In this document: positions 39,145-47,893 of the stretch, in pieces
How the letters are laid out: each line of letters opens with the position of its first letter
Numbering within the stretch: position 1 is the stretch's first letter
Origin: Candidatus Gottesmanbacteria bacterium RIFCSPLOWO2_01_FULL_43_11b
Lineage (GTDB): Bacteria > Patescibacteriota > Microgenomatia > UBA10105 > UBA927
Assembly: GCA_001780985.1 (NCBI GenBank)
Contig: MFJV01000001.1
Location: forward strand, 158,980-222,979
Length of the DNA: 64,000 bases
Direction: 5' to 3'
Made by a program: the position numbers and the translations under genes
Notes under the pieces: model-generated
Database searches by the model: none
What the model saw: the letters and a program-made list of their open reading frames with translations, nothing else
What the model was told of the DNA's origin: nothing

Positions 39145-39878
39145 TACGTCCCTAGCGTAGCATATTTGAGGTATTCGAGAATCATCTTGTAAAGTCTTTT
39201 TATATGGGGAGTAACATTTCCGGTCTGCTGCTTTGCAACTTCTCTGGTCAAATCAATCGCCTCCTTAATGTATGAAACGGTTCCCTCCTGGAAGGTCTGT
39301 TTTTCATATTTTGTGAGAATTGAGACAAAGGGCATATTCACGTACCGAACATCTCTTTTTTTAAAATAGTTATTGAGAAATAGTTCCACACCGTATCCTA
39401 AATGTTTAATCTCTCCTAAAATCGGAAGAAGGTCATCGCGTTTGATCGCGCGTTCTCCCCCGATTGGCTTTGCGAGATTCGGCCGCTTTTTATTTGTCTG
39501 TCGGACGCCAATTGTCATGACTGCCTGCTTTCGGATAACGGGAGCAATAAGTCGATCGAGATCGCGATGCGTGAGACCAATCAGATCCCCGTCGAGAAAG
39601 AGGACATACCTGGCTTTAGCTATCTTAACGCCTGCGACCATCGCAAACGCTTTCCCTTTATTTTTCTTATACGAAATAACCTGTACCGTTTTTCCGAACT
39701 GCTTTACTGAGGCAACCGTATCGTCCGTTGATCCGTCGTTCACCACAATAATTTCGGCGGCTTTCCCCCAGGTCCTCACAATCTCAACAACTCCCGGCAG
39801 GGTCCGCTCCTCATTGTAAACGGGAATTATTACTGATAGAGTTGGTGTGGTCATTTGGGAAAGTATACCATGATTCAA
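39144..39878 (-). CDS. GT2-family glycosyltransferase (polyprenol-phosphate sugar transferase-like)
   Basis: LSVIIPVYNEERTL ... IIVVNDGSTDDT ... DGD. Confidence 0.75.
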   Translation of the reverse strand: MNHGILSQMTTPTLSVIIPVYNEERTLPGVVEIVRTWGKAAEIIVVNDGSTDDTVASVKQFGKTVQVISYKKNKGKAFAMVAGVKIAKARYVLFLDGDLIGLTHRDLDRLIAPVIRKQAVMTIGVRQTNKKRPNLAKPIGGERAIKRDDLLPILGEIKHLGYGVELFLNNYFKKRDVRYVNMPFVSILTKYEKQTFQEGTVSYIKEAIDLTREVAKQQTGNVTPHIKRLYKMILEYLKYATLGT

Positions 39879-40310
39879 AGAGACATTATTATTTTTGTTG
39901 TCATTCAGCTTGCCATGGCACTATTTGCCTTCGCTGAGGCGTACATGGAGGGTCCGAACGGGTGGAAATGGAATCCAAAGTGGTGGCGCATTAATCTGCC
40001 CGGTGGATTTACCCTCAATAGCTATCACGTCTTTGTTTTCGCAGGTGTGTTTCCTCTTCTCCTTTCTTTACCATTAATAGTCAACGGCTGGAACAACCAT
40101 CTGTTTCTCGTTCTTCTTTTATCCTATGTGGTAGGGTTAATAGTAGAAGATTTTCTCTGGTTTGTCGTTAATCCTGACTATCCATTTCGAAAATGGAATC
40201 CGAAAGAGACGCGCTGGTATCCGTGGGTGATAATCGGAAAATTTGCCATCCCCCTCCCCTACGTTTTTGTCCTATTTGTTTCCGGTCTACTCATCTCGCT
40301 TATTTTGTAA
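39855..40310 (+). CDS. hypothetical integral membrane protein
   Basis: 151 aa, four hydrophobic segments. Confidence 0.4.
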   Translation: MGKYTMIQRDIIIFVVIQLAMALFAFAEAYMEGPNGWKWNPKWWRINLPGGFTLNSYHVFVFAGVFPLLLSLPLIVNGWNNHLFLVLLLSYVVGLIVEDFLWFVVNPDYPFRKWNPKETRWYPWVIIGKFAIPLPYVFVLFVSGLLISLIL

Positions 40311-41437
40311 ACATCCATAAGTTGGCTCCAGGATACTTTGCTATCATACTTTTGTCTTGCCTCTTTCTGACCGTTTGATGCGAGAAACAAGCGTTTTTCT
40401 CTATCACTCATAAGTTCCAGGACGCGTTGTGCAAAAACTTTGGGTGAGTGCTTAAAAACAATTCGACCCGTAACTCCATCCTGTAAAAGATCGATGATCG
40501 ACGGGCCTTTGAGAGCAATCACGCATAGCCCTGCTGCCATCGCCTCAACAATCACCCGTCCGTATGTTTCGGTTTGTGACGCATAGACAAACGAATCTGC
40601 AACTGCGTATATGTCCGGAATTGTTTTTATATTCTCATTCGTTGCGAAGAGGACATTGTTTGCAAATTTATGTTTTCTCGCGTATTCTTTCAACTTCGTC
40701 TCTTCCAATCCGTTACCCGCGAGCAAAAGTTTGATCTTCGGTGCTTTCTTATGAATGTAGGAGAATGCTCGTACAAGAAAATAGATATTTTTCTCTCTTG
40801 CAAGCCTGCCAACATAGAGAAGCACCATATCATCTTTATCTATCCCCAATCTCTGTCGGGCAACTCTTCTGTTGCCACTGGCAAATTCAACGGTGTCAAT
40901 TCCGGGAGGAACGACAAAAATAGGCGTACGCACCCCTCCTTGTAAGAGTTCTTGTTTGAGTGTTTCATTGGCAGCAGTTACTGCATCACATTTATTTATA
41001 AAATTAACCATGATTTTTGTCACAAAATGAGAAAGTGCCGTACCTGAAACCCAGGGTAAATATGACCTAAAGTAATCTGAATAGCGTGTGTGGTAAGTAA
41101 AAACAACAGGAATATGAAATTTCTTTTTCATTTTCAATGCAAGTTTTCCGATATAAAAGGGGTGGTGAACATGAAAAAGTGTAATGTGACGTCTTCGAAT
41201 TTCATTTTCAATCGTCGTTTCCGGAAACATGGGTATGGTTATGCCGATTTTTTTATAAAGCGGTATGGCGGGATACTCTACAACATCGGGCTGGTTTGAC
41301 TTTTTCCAATCTGCCTGTGAAGTAAATACGGTCATGTCAACACCACTCTGTTTTGCCTGGCTTTTCCAGTCACCGATGGTAATAACTACCCCGTTAATAA
41401 TCGGATAGTAATAGTATGTAAATACGCCAACGTGCAT
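40259..41437 (-). CDS. GT4-family glycosyltransferase
   Basis: GT-B fold. ...VVPPGIDTVEF... and an E-x7-E-like C-terminal region. Confidence 0.75.
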   Translation of the reverse strand: MHVGVFTYYYYPIINGVVITIGDWKSQAKQSGVDMTVFTSQADWKKSNQPDVVEYPAIPLYKKIGITIPMFPETTIENEIRRRHITLFHVHHPFYIGKLALKMKKKFHIPVVFTYHTRYSDYFRSYLPWVSGTALSHFVTKIMVNFINKCDAVTAANETLKQELLQGGVRTPIFVVPPGIDTVEFASGNRRVARQRLGIDKDDMVLLYVGRLAREKNIYFLVRAFSYIHKKAPKIKLLLAGNGLEETKLKEYARKHKFANNVLFATNENIKTIPDIYAVADSFVYASQTETYGRVIVEAMAAGLCVIALKGPSIIDLLQDGVTGRIVFKHSPKVFAQRVLELMSDREKRLFLASNGQKEARQKYDSKVSWSQLMDVYKISEMSRPETNRTKT

Positions 41438-41440
41438 TTT

Positions 41441-41497
41441 TTACCTCCCAAACCACGTTTCCAAAATTTTCTTCGCGATGGGAGCTGCGACATTAAT
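41441..41497 (-). pseudogene. remnant copy of the PBP2 3' end (encodes ..NVAAPIAKKILETWFGR*)
   Basis: About 80% nucleotide identity to 42239-42296, the true PBP2 C-terminus AAPIAKKILEAWFGR*. Lies directly upstream of the GT4 ATG. Confidence 0.5.
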
Positions 41498-41514
41498 TGT
41501 TTTTTTGCAGCACT

Positions 41515-41916
41515 TCAATCGCTTCTTTGGGTATCATTAATTTCCTTTGGTTTAAGGAATTTTTTTACTTTTTCCGTCATAAAATGCTTGCGGTCAAGAG
41601 TGACGAGAGCGTCACATGAGGCTTTTTTAGCTTCAGCAAGAATAATCGCGTCTTTTTCTACAATAATCCTTCTTGCCTTACTCATTGCCGTATGGTCGGG
41701 TTTTTGGTCAATAATGGAAAGTTTTTCTGCCAGAAGAAAAAATCGCTCGAGGTGATACGTTTGCAGTTTTTTTCGGACATTTCGTTCAACCTCTGTGAGC
41801 ACGACCTTGGAAGTGACAAGTTCTACGCCATGAAGAGTAAACAGTTTTGCCGACCCGCCTGTCGGAGAGTTCACTGCAGTAAAAAAGACGCTTGAGTCCA
41901 AAAACAGGCGTTTCAT
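41515..41916 (-). CDS. PIN-domain toxin (VapC-like)
   Basis: MKRLFLDSSVFF (first acidic residue). Further conserved Asp residues. 133 aa. 1-nt junction with the upstream antitoxin. Confidence 0.6.
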   Translation of the reverse strand: MKRLFLDSSVFFTAVNSPTGGSAKLFTLHGVELVTSKVVLTEVERNVRKKLQTYHLERFFLLAEKLSIIDQKPDHTAMSKARRIIVEKDAIILAEAKKASCDALVTLDRKHFMTEKVKKFLKPKEINDTQRSD

Positions 41917-42174
41917 TTAGAGGACGTCGTTTTTCTCCCACTCGGCAATCTCTCGATCACTAAATATTCGCGTGAACGGAAGAAGTACGGGATCGATAAA
42001 CGTTTTTTTGTAGAGTTTGCTCAGGTCTTTTTGGAGTTTGGCAAGGTAAGCAACATCAACGAGCGCTGCTTTTGGCATGCCGCCCTTGGTGAGAATAATA
42101 TAATCATCACCCTGCACTTTATCAACAAGATCACCCAGTTTCCCTCGTGCTTTCGTGATAGGAAGAATATTCAT
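41917..42174 (-). CDS. Phd/YefM-type antitoxin
   Basis: 85 aa. MNILPITKARGKLGDLVDKVQGDDYIILTKGGMPKAALVDV is typical of YefM/Phd. Confidence 0.6.
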   Translation of the reverse strand: MNILPITKARGKLGDLVDKVQGDDYIILTKGGMPKAALVDVAYLAKLQKDLSKLYKKTFIDPVLLPFTRIFSDREIAEWEKNDVL

Positions 42175-42235
42175 AGAAACAAAGCATACTATACGTTACA
42201 TATTTTGTCAAGTATTATGTAACAAATAATGTACA
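42175..42235 (-). promoter_or_regulatory. promoter/operator of the toxin–antitoxin operon
   Basis: Minus strand: TTGACA-N17-TATGCT, embedded in the inverted repeat TTACATAATA...TATGTAA. Confidence 0.4.
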
Positions 42236-43942
42236 TTACCTCCCAAACCACGCTTCTAAAATCTTTTTTGCAATGGGGGCAGCAACATTACTTCCCTCGC
42301 CCGCACCCTCTACTAATACTGTAACAGAAATTTCGGGATCTTCTGCCGGAGCAAACGTTGTAAACCAGGCATGGGTTCGATTATTAGGATCACCGAATTC
42401 AGCTGTTCCGGTTTTACAGGCAACGGAAATTTGAAAATCAAATAATGGCCAACCGGTCCCGCCCGAAGTACATGCTTCCTTCATCCCTTGCGTAATAAGA
42501 TCGATCGTTTCTTTTTGAATATTTAAACCCTTACACTCACTTTTGAGCTTCCGTATCGTTGGCTTACACACAATACCTCCATTGGCAACAATATTTGTCC
42601 ATGTATTTACCTGTAGGGGGGTTGTAAGTAAATATCCTTGTCCGATTGCGACATGATACGTATCTCCCAGGTACCATTCGTTATTTCGTAACTCCCGATC
42701 TACTTCCGTATTAAATTGGAGATTCTTCCAGGAAGGATCCGGCATGAGACCGGCAGCTTCTCCGCTTATTTCTATTCCCAATGGTTTTCCTATACCGATG
42801 TTTCGTGCCCATGCAGCAAGTTTGGTTATCCCTAACCATTCTCCTGTTTTATAAAAGAAAATGTCATTACTCCGTTGAATTGCCTTGACAATATCTACCA
42901 TTCCCTCAGTTTTCCCGTACTCCCGAAAGTACCAATTGGGAAATGTGAACGGCGGGATGCGTATAACACCCGTATCTTCTACTTTTGTATCTTTATCTAT
43001 CGCCCCCTCTTCAAGAGCAGCGATTGCCGTGACTATCTTAAATGTAGACCCGGGAGGATACACACCGCCTATTGCACGGTTAAAAAGCGGCTCATCAGGA
43101 CTATTTAAAACTGTTTCTACGTGTTCGGGAACAAATGATGGGCTTGAGAAAAGAACAAGTATTTCGCCGGTCGATGGTTTGCTGACAACCACCGCGCCTT
43201 TTGAGCCTAAGGGAAATTCTTTGGCAACAATTTGCGCAAGTCCTGCGTCGACAGAGAGCGTGACATCTTCGCCCGGACTTGCCTCTTCTCCTCCCAAACT
43301 TCGTACTATATCACCGTTTGCTTCTATTTCTACTAATTCCCTCCCGTCACGACCGCGCAGCCGCTCTTCAAACGCTGATTCGGCACCCATTCTGCCGATA
43401 AATGAACCGGGAAGGTAGTTTCTGAGCACGTAGTAATCATCTGCGAATTCTTTTGGACTGAGTTCCCCCATGTAACCAAGGACGTGTGCGAGTGCTTCTC
43501 CATATGGATACTGGCGGATATATTCACTTTCCAAAAACCAACCCTTTGGGAGTCCTTCGTTGGAAAGCTGATCTCCTTCTTCCTGACTTATTCTCTCTGT
43601 ACATACCTCTCCTTCTCTACATAGTTTTGTGAGTATGTACCGGGGAATATTAACGGTCAGAGCTTTCCCCGTGCGATCAAGTAAGACCCCTCGTGCAGCA
43701 TGTCTGATAAGATCGCGTGTTCTATTGGTATCGGCAAGCAACCTGTATCTGTGTCCTTGTACGAGGGTCAGTTCAAATAATCGCCAAACGAGAATAAAAA
43801 AGGCAACAAGAAAAACTGTCGTAAAAAAGAGAGCACGGCCTTTTCCGAACCACCAGCTTACCTCTTCTTCTTTCACCACACGCCGTTTCACTTTTTCTTC
43901 AAGGATTAGGTTATCGGAAAAAGCTTTTCCAAGTTTCAACAT
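42236..43942 (-). CDS. mrdA: penicillin-binding protein 2 (peptidoglycan D,D-transpeptidase)
   Basis: N-terminal transmembrane anchor, dimerisation domain, and the motifs STFK, SND/SGT-like and KTGTAE. Confidence 0.85.
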   Translation of the reverse strand: MLKLGKAFSDNLILEEKVKRRVVKEEEVSWWFGKGRALFFTTVFLVAFFILVWRLFELTLVQGHRYRLLADTNRTRDLIRHAARGVLLDRTGKALTVNIPRYILTKLCREGEVCTERISQEEGDQLSNEGLPKGWFLESEYIRQYPYGEALAHVLGYMGELSPKEFADDYYVLRNYLPGSFIGRMGAESAFEERLRGRDGRELVEIEANGDIVRSLGGEEASPGEDVTLSVDAGLAQIVAKEFPLGSKGAVVVSKPSTGEILVLFSSPSFVPEHVETVLNSPDEPLFNRAIGGVYPPGSTFKIVTAIAALEEGAIDKDTKVEDTGVIRIPPFTFPNWYFREYGKTEGMVDIVKAIQRSNDIFFYKTGEWLGITKLAAWARNIGIGKPLGIEISGEAAGLMPDPSWKNLQFNTEVDRELRNNEWYLGDTYHVAIGQGYLLTTPLQVNTWTNIVANGGIVCKPTIRKLKSECKGLNIQKETIDLITQGMKEACTSGGTGWPLFDFQISVACKTGTAEFGDPNNRTHAWFTTFAPAEDPEISVTVLVEGAGEGSNVAAPIAKKILEAWFGR

Positions 43943-43981
43943 TGTTCTCTTGATTAAAATAGCCTATAATAATAGAAAACT

Positions 43982-45121
43982 ATGAATCATGAATGCAGTC
44001 CGATGCACGAACAACCGGCCGAGTGGCTGGTCACCAGTCTCCCTAAAATAAGAAAAGTAAATTCGCTATTACCGAAAAACCTTCATTCTAATAATCTGCG
44101 TTCTTTCGAGCATGCTCGTCTTACCACGCTCGAAGAAAGTTGGCTTGACACGACTGGTATCCGGCCACAGGAAACCCATTGTACTATTATCATACCAGTC
44201 CACAATGAGCACCGTAGTCTCCCCTCGTTTTTACGTGCATTAATGGCTTCCCAAATTCCCTCGAGTGCGGATTTACACTTTGTATTTGTCGTAAATGGAT
44301 CTAATGATGATAGCGCTGCTATTATATACGACCGGTTATCTGACTTTCATTCTTTTGGTGACATCCGCTATACCGTTATGGAAACCGTAATCGCTGGCAA
44401 AGCAAATGCATTAAACATTGGAAACGACATCGCTCTAAAAAACCACCACACGATCGCAATGAACATTGATGCGAACAACTGGGTTGAACCCGATACAATA
44501 CCGTTGTTGTTTAAAAGAGCGCATCAAGAATTCAGCGATAATCCCGGTGATGTTGTTTTAGTAGATGCAAAGGCGATCTACGCGATCAAAAATAATACGC
44601 AGAGCCCCATTGATCGTTTCTGGTTTCGAGTAAAAGGTAATAACGTTCATACCCCACTTCTGACAGGATGGATGTATGCTTGGAATCCTGAGTGGATAAA
44701 TGAGGTGGGAGGATTCCCTTCCACGGTAACCGAAGACAGCGCTATAGCGATAGAAGCTCTCGCTCGAGGCCGACGTATTGTACATTCGTCGGCTCGAATC
44801 TGGGGATATATTTCTTCGACACTTGTTGATCGACAAAAAGAATTTACCAGGTATCTTCTCGGTGCAGTACAGCTTCTTCGCCACTTTGGTCGAACTTCGC
44901 TTCTACAAAACGCCATCAGTCCCGAGTATCCTCTTGATAAATCTATGTGGGAAACACTGCAATATTTTTTTGATGATTCTACACGTGGCAAAAACATCGC
45001 GCACTTTCCCTTGAGTCTCATAAAATGGATACGATATGAATATAGCCTTCTTATCGCTACATTGATACTTCGAAAAAAACCGGATATTCAAACGTGGGCT
45101 CCCATTAAATCGACGAAGTGA
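43982..45121 (+). CDS. GT2-like glycosyltransferase
   Basis: CTIIIPVHNEHRSL...FVFVVNGSNDDS... is a GT-A DxD-type N-domain. Confidence 0.55.
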   Translation: MNHECSPMHEQPAEWLVTSLPKIRKVNSLLPKNLHSNNLRSFEHARLTTLEESWLDTTGIRPQETHCTIIIPVHNEHRSLPSFLRALMASQIPSSADLHFVFVVNGSNDDSAAIIYDRLSDFHSFGDIRYTVMETVIAGKANALNIGNDIALKNHHTIAMNIDANNWVEPDTIPLLFKRAHQEFSDNPGDVVLVDAKAIYAIKNNTQSPIDRFWFRVKGNNVHTPLLTGWMYAWNPEWINEVGGFPSTVTEDSAIAIEALARGRRIVHSSARIWGYISSTLVDRQKEFTRYLLGAVQLLRHFGRTSLLQNAISPEYPLDKSMWETLQYFFDDSTRGKNIAHFPLSLIKWIRYEYSLLIATLILRKKPDIQTWAPIKSTK

Positions 45122-45659
45122 ACATAACGAGCATCCACGAGTAGATTGCTCCCAAAATAACCTGCAATACCGTATGATTTTTCGTTTCCACCCTCGCCCA
45201 AGCAATTAATGGAATCATCAAAAATACCTGCCACCACCCAAACCACTGGGTTACAACTCCTGCTGCTAACGTCGCAATCCCCACGTGTCCTGAAATTTTA
45301 TACTTCAATGTGATGAGGAAAAATCCCAAGAACCAGATGAAAAAAAGTATAAAAAGATTGATGAGTATTTCATTATTCCATGTTCGGATAAGGAAGAAAT
45401 TTCCTATAGTAACAGCGAGAAGTACAAGAAGCGGGAGGATTCTTTTCTTCCGCTCACGAATGTCCCAATCGGTTTTTAGTCGGAGCATTATAAAGAATTT
45501 AAAAATGAAAATAGCGCCAAAAAAAATCGAAATATACAAAATATAGAAGGATAATTGTGAAGCAATGAGATTGCTCCGAAACCCCCCGATGATAGAAAGT
45601 GCATAAAGCACTAACATCGGCTCGAAAAGGCGGGAAATAAAAGACGCAAGAAAAACCAT
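45105..45659 (-). CDS. hypothetical integral membrane protein
   Basis: 184 aa, five or six hydrophobic segments. Confidence 0.4.
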   Translation of the reverse strand: MVFLASFISRLFEPMLVLYALSIIGGFRSNLIASQLSFYILYISIFFGAIFIFKFFIMLRLKTDWDIRERKKRILPLLVLLAVTIGNFFLIRTWNNEILINLFILFFIWFLGFFLITLKYKISGHVGIATLAAGVVTQWFGWWQVFLMIPLIAWARVETKNHTVLQVILGAIYSWMLVMFTSSI

Positions 45660-45667
45660 TGATTCTA

Positions 45668-46723
45668 TTATACCCTGCGGGACGCAATTTTGACTTTATT
45701 CAAAAGCGCGTCGTCGTCGAGGAGTTTTCCTGCGCCGCGAACAACTGCTGTCTGAGGATCATCGGTGACCCAGACCGGCATCCGGAGTTCCGAGGCAATC
45801 AGCTTATCAATTCCCCGGAGTTTTGATCCGCCTCCGGCAAGCATAATTCCGTGTTCAACAATATCGGCAATTAACTCCGGAGGTGTCTCTTCAATTGTTT
45901 CAGCCAGAGCCTCGATAATTTCATGGACAATTGGAGATACTGCTTCCCGTACCTCTGATTCACTCACCCGAATTGACTTGGGTAGTCCAGTTTCTAAATC
46001 ACGACCTCGTACCACAGCTTGTTTCTCGGTTTTGTCAACAGGATAAGCACTTCCGACAGAAATTTTAAGGTTCTCAGCTGTTTGTTCGCCTATAAGAACC
46101 GAGTGTTTGAGCCGGACAAAGGATACGATAGCCTCATCCATTTCGTCACCGGCAATACGGATACTCCGATTAACGACAATTCCGCCTAAAGAAAGCACTG
46201 CAATTTCAGCAGTCCCCCCGCCGATATCGCAAATAAATGATCCCTGGCTCTCTTCAATGGGAAGTCCGGCTCCTATTGCTGCTGCCATTGGCTCTTCAAT
46301 GAGCCAGGCAGCCCGTGCACCAGCCAGAATCGCTGCTTCCTGGACGGCGCGCCTTTCAACTTCGGTCACCCCACTTGGAATTCCGATAACGACTTTTGGC
46401 CGGGGAATACTCGGAAGTCCTCTCCTTTTGGGACTTTCGTGGACAAGTTTTATGTAATGGGTGAGCATTGCTGCGGCTGCGTCAAAGTCTGCAATCACCC
46501 CGTCTTTTAATGGTCTAATCGCCTCAATAGTTGCCGGAGTTTTCCCTAGCATCTGTTTGGCTTCCCGGCCAATAGCCACAATCTGTTTTGACTTTTTGTG
46601 CCGTGCAACAACTGATGGCTCGCGGATAATTATTCCCTTATTCCGTACCCATACCAACGTATTTGCCGTCCCCAAATCAATTCCTAAATCATGGGAGAGT
46701 AATCCAAACAAAAAGTCAAACAT
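45668..46723 (-). CDS. mreB: rod-shape-determining protein MreB
   Basis: LGIDLGTANTLV phosphate-1 motif. Actin-fold motifs throughout. Confidence 0.9.
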   Translation of the reverse strand: MFDFLFGLLSHDLGIDLGTANTLVWVRNKGIIIREPSVVARHKKSKQIVAIGREAKQMLGKTPATIEAIRPLKDGVIADFDAAAAMLTHYIKLVHESPKRRGLPSIPRPKVVIGIPSGVTEVERRAVQEAAILAGARAAWLIEEPMAAAIGAGLPIEESQGSFICDIGGGTAEIAVLSLGGIVVNRSIRIAGDEMDEAIVSFVRLKHSVLIGEQTAENLKISVGSAYPVDKTEKQAVVRGRDLETGLPKSIRVSESEVREAVSPIVHEIIEALAETIEETPPELIADIVEHGIMLAGGGSKLRGIDKLIASELRMPVWVTDDPQTAVVRGAGKLLDDDALLNKVKIASRRV

Positions 46724-46773
46724 TGCTCGACCATTCTATCACAGCAGTGGATCGAACGTGATAAAATAGTGGT

Positions 46774-47292
46774 ATGAGAATTTTAAGTTTTGCAAAGAGA
46801 AAAGAAGGATCAATACGTGTGCAAGCTCAGGTCGTCGGACATACTCGTTGGCTCCAGGTTGGACGCGGGAGACAAGGACCAATTGAGGTAACATTTCATC
46901 AACCCCAACGAACCGATAAAACGCTTGCGCTTGATGAAACTGCCGGAGAAACGATCTTTGTTAGATCACAACAGGCAGAAAAAAAGAGTGGAAATTTCCA
47001 TGCTGTTGATTTTCCTAAACTATCACCCGGGGAAGTTCGAAAAAAAATTGACGTTGCCAATGTTTCTGGAGGTCAAGTACAGAATATTCGAGGGTCCAGC
47101 AGAGAAAATTGGCCGATAGGAGAAAAGCGGGATCCTGAATTTACACTCAAAAAATTGGCTCTTGGAGGATTTAAAACCAATCTCGGTGACCGTTATCAAC
47201 GCAGGTTGAAAGCATTGGATAGACTGAAAAAGAAAAGAGAAGAAGCAAAAAAAAGAAGTAAACAAGAAAGTAATGATGGCATCCCTTTCTAA
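46774..47292 (+). CDS. hypothetical basic protein
   Basis: 172 aa with a K/R/E-rich tail. Confidence 0.35.
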   Translation: MRILSFAKRKEGSIRVQAQVVGHTRWLQVGRGRQGPIEVTFHQPQRTDKTLALDETAGETIFVRSQQAEKKSGNFHAVDFPKLSPGEVRKKIDVANVSGGQVQNIRGSSRENWPIGEKRDPEFTLKKLALGGFKTNLGDRYQRRLKALDRLKKKREEAKKRSKQESNDGIPF

Positions 47293-47346
47293 GACGAACC
47301 TGCCTATAAACGTCAAGAGCGTAAAAAAGATGTTGGAGAAGTTTAA

Positions 47347-47835
47347 TTAAGTAGCTCGTCTACCAAGAAGAAACTCACATAATTGAGTAAGGGACTCTCC
47401 TATTAGAAAATTTTTAACATTTTTACCTGCATCAGGGCCGAAGCACGCGATAACATAGCGTTGTAACTCCTGGGGTTGTTCCTTTGCCATATGGGCAAGT
47501 TGGACGGCTTTCCTGTAGAGGTCTCCATCAAATTTTCCATTGTCGATTCCTCTCCACTGTTTTGGCAGGTTTATACCGTTTATAACATCCGGCAATCGAT
47601 TGACTGTGTCTGTTTCATCAGTGTTGGAACTCTTTAACTTCTCTTTTTTGGCGTTATCGAGCGATCGCAGATAGCCGAGTACACTCTTTTCCGGTGGTGT
47701 ATCATCCGGAAATATATGCAAATTTGCCTTTTGCCTCAATGACAAAGGATTACCAGGAATTCTTTTCTTATTCTCGTCATTTAGCCTCGGCAATCTGCCA
47801 TAATTTCTCAATCTTTCATATATTTTTATTGACAT
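47347..47835 (-). CDS. hypothetical protein
   Basis: 162-aa ORF. Confidence 0.35.
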   Translation of the reverse strand: MSIKIYERLRNYGRLPRLNDENKKRIPGNPLSLRQKANLHIFPDDTPPEKSVLGYLRSLDNAKKEKLKSSNTDETDTVNRLPDVINGINLPKQWRGIDNGKFDGDLYRKAVQLAHMAKEQPQELQRYVIACFGPDAGKNVKNFLIGESLTQLCEFLLGRRAT

Positions 47836-47893
47836 ATAAACTATCCTATAATATTTAGCTCATAAAATCAAGTTCTTATGCTATACTAACTCC

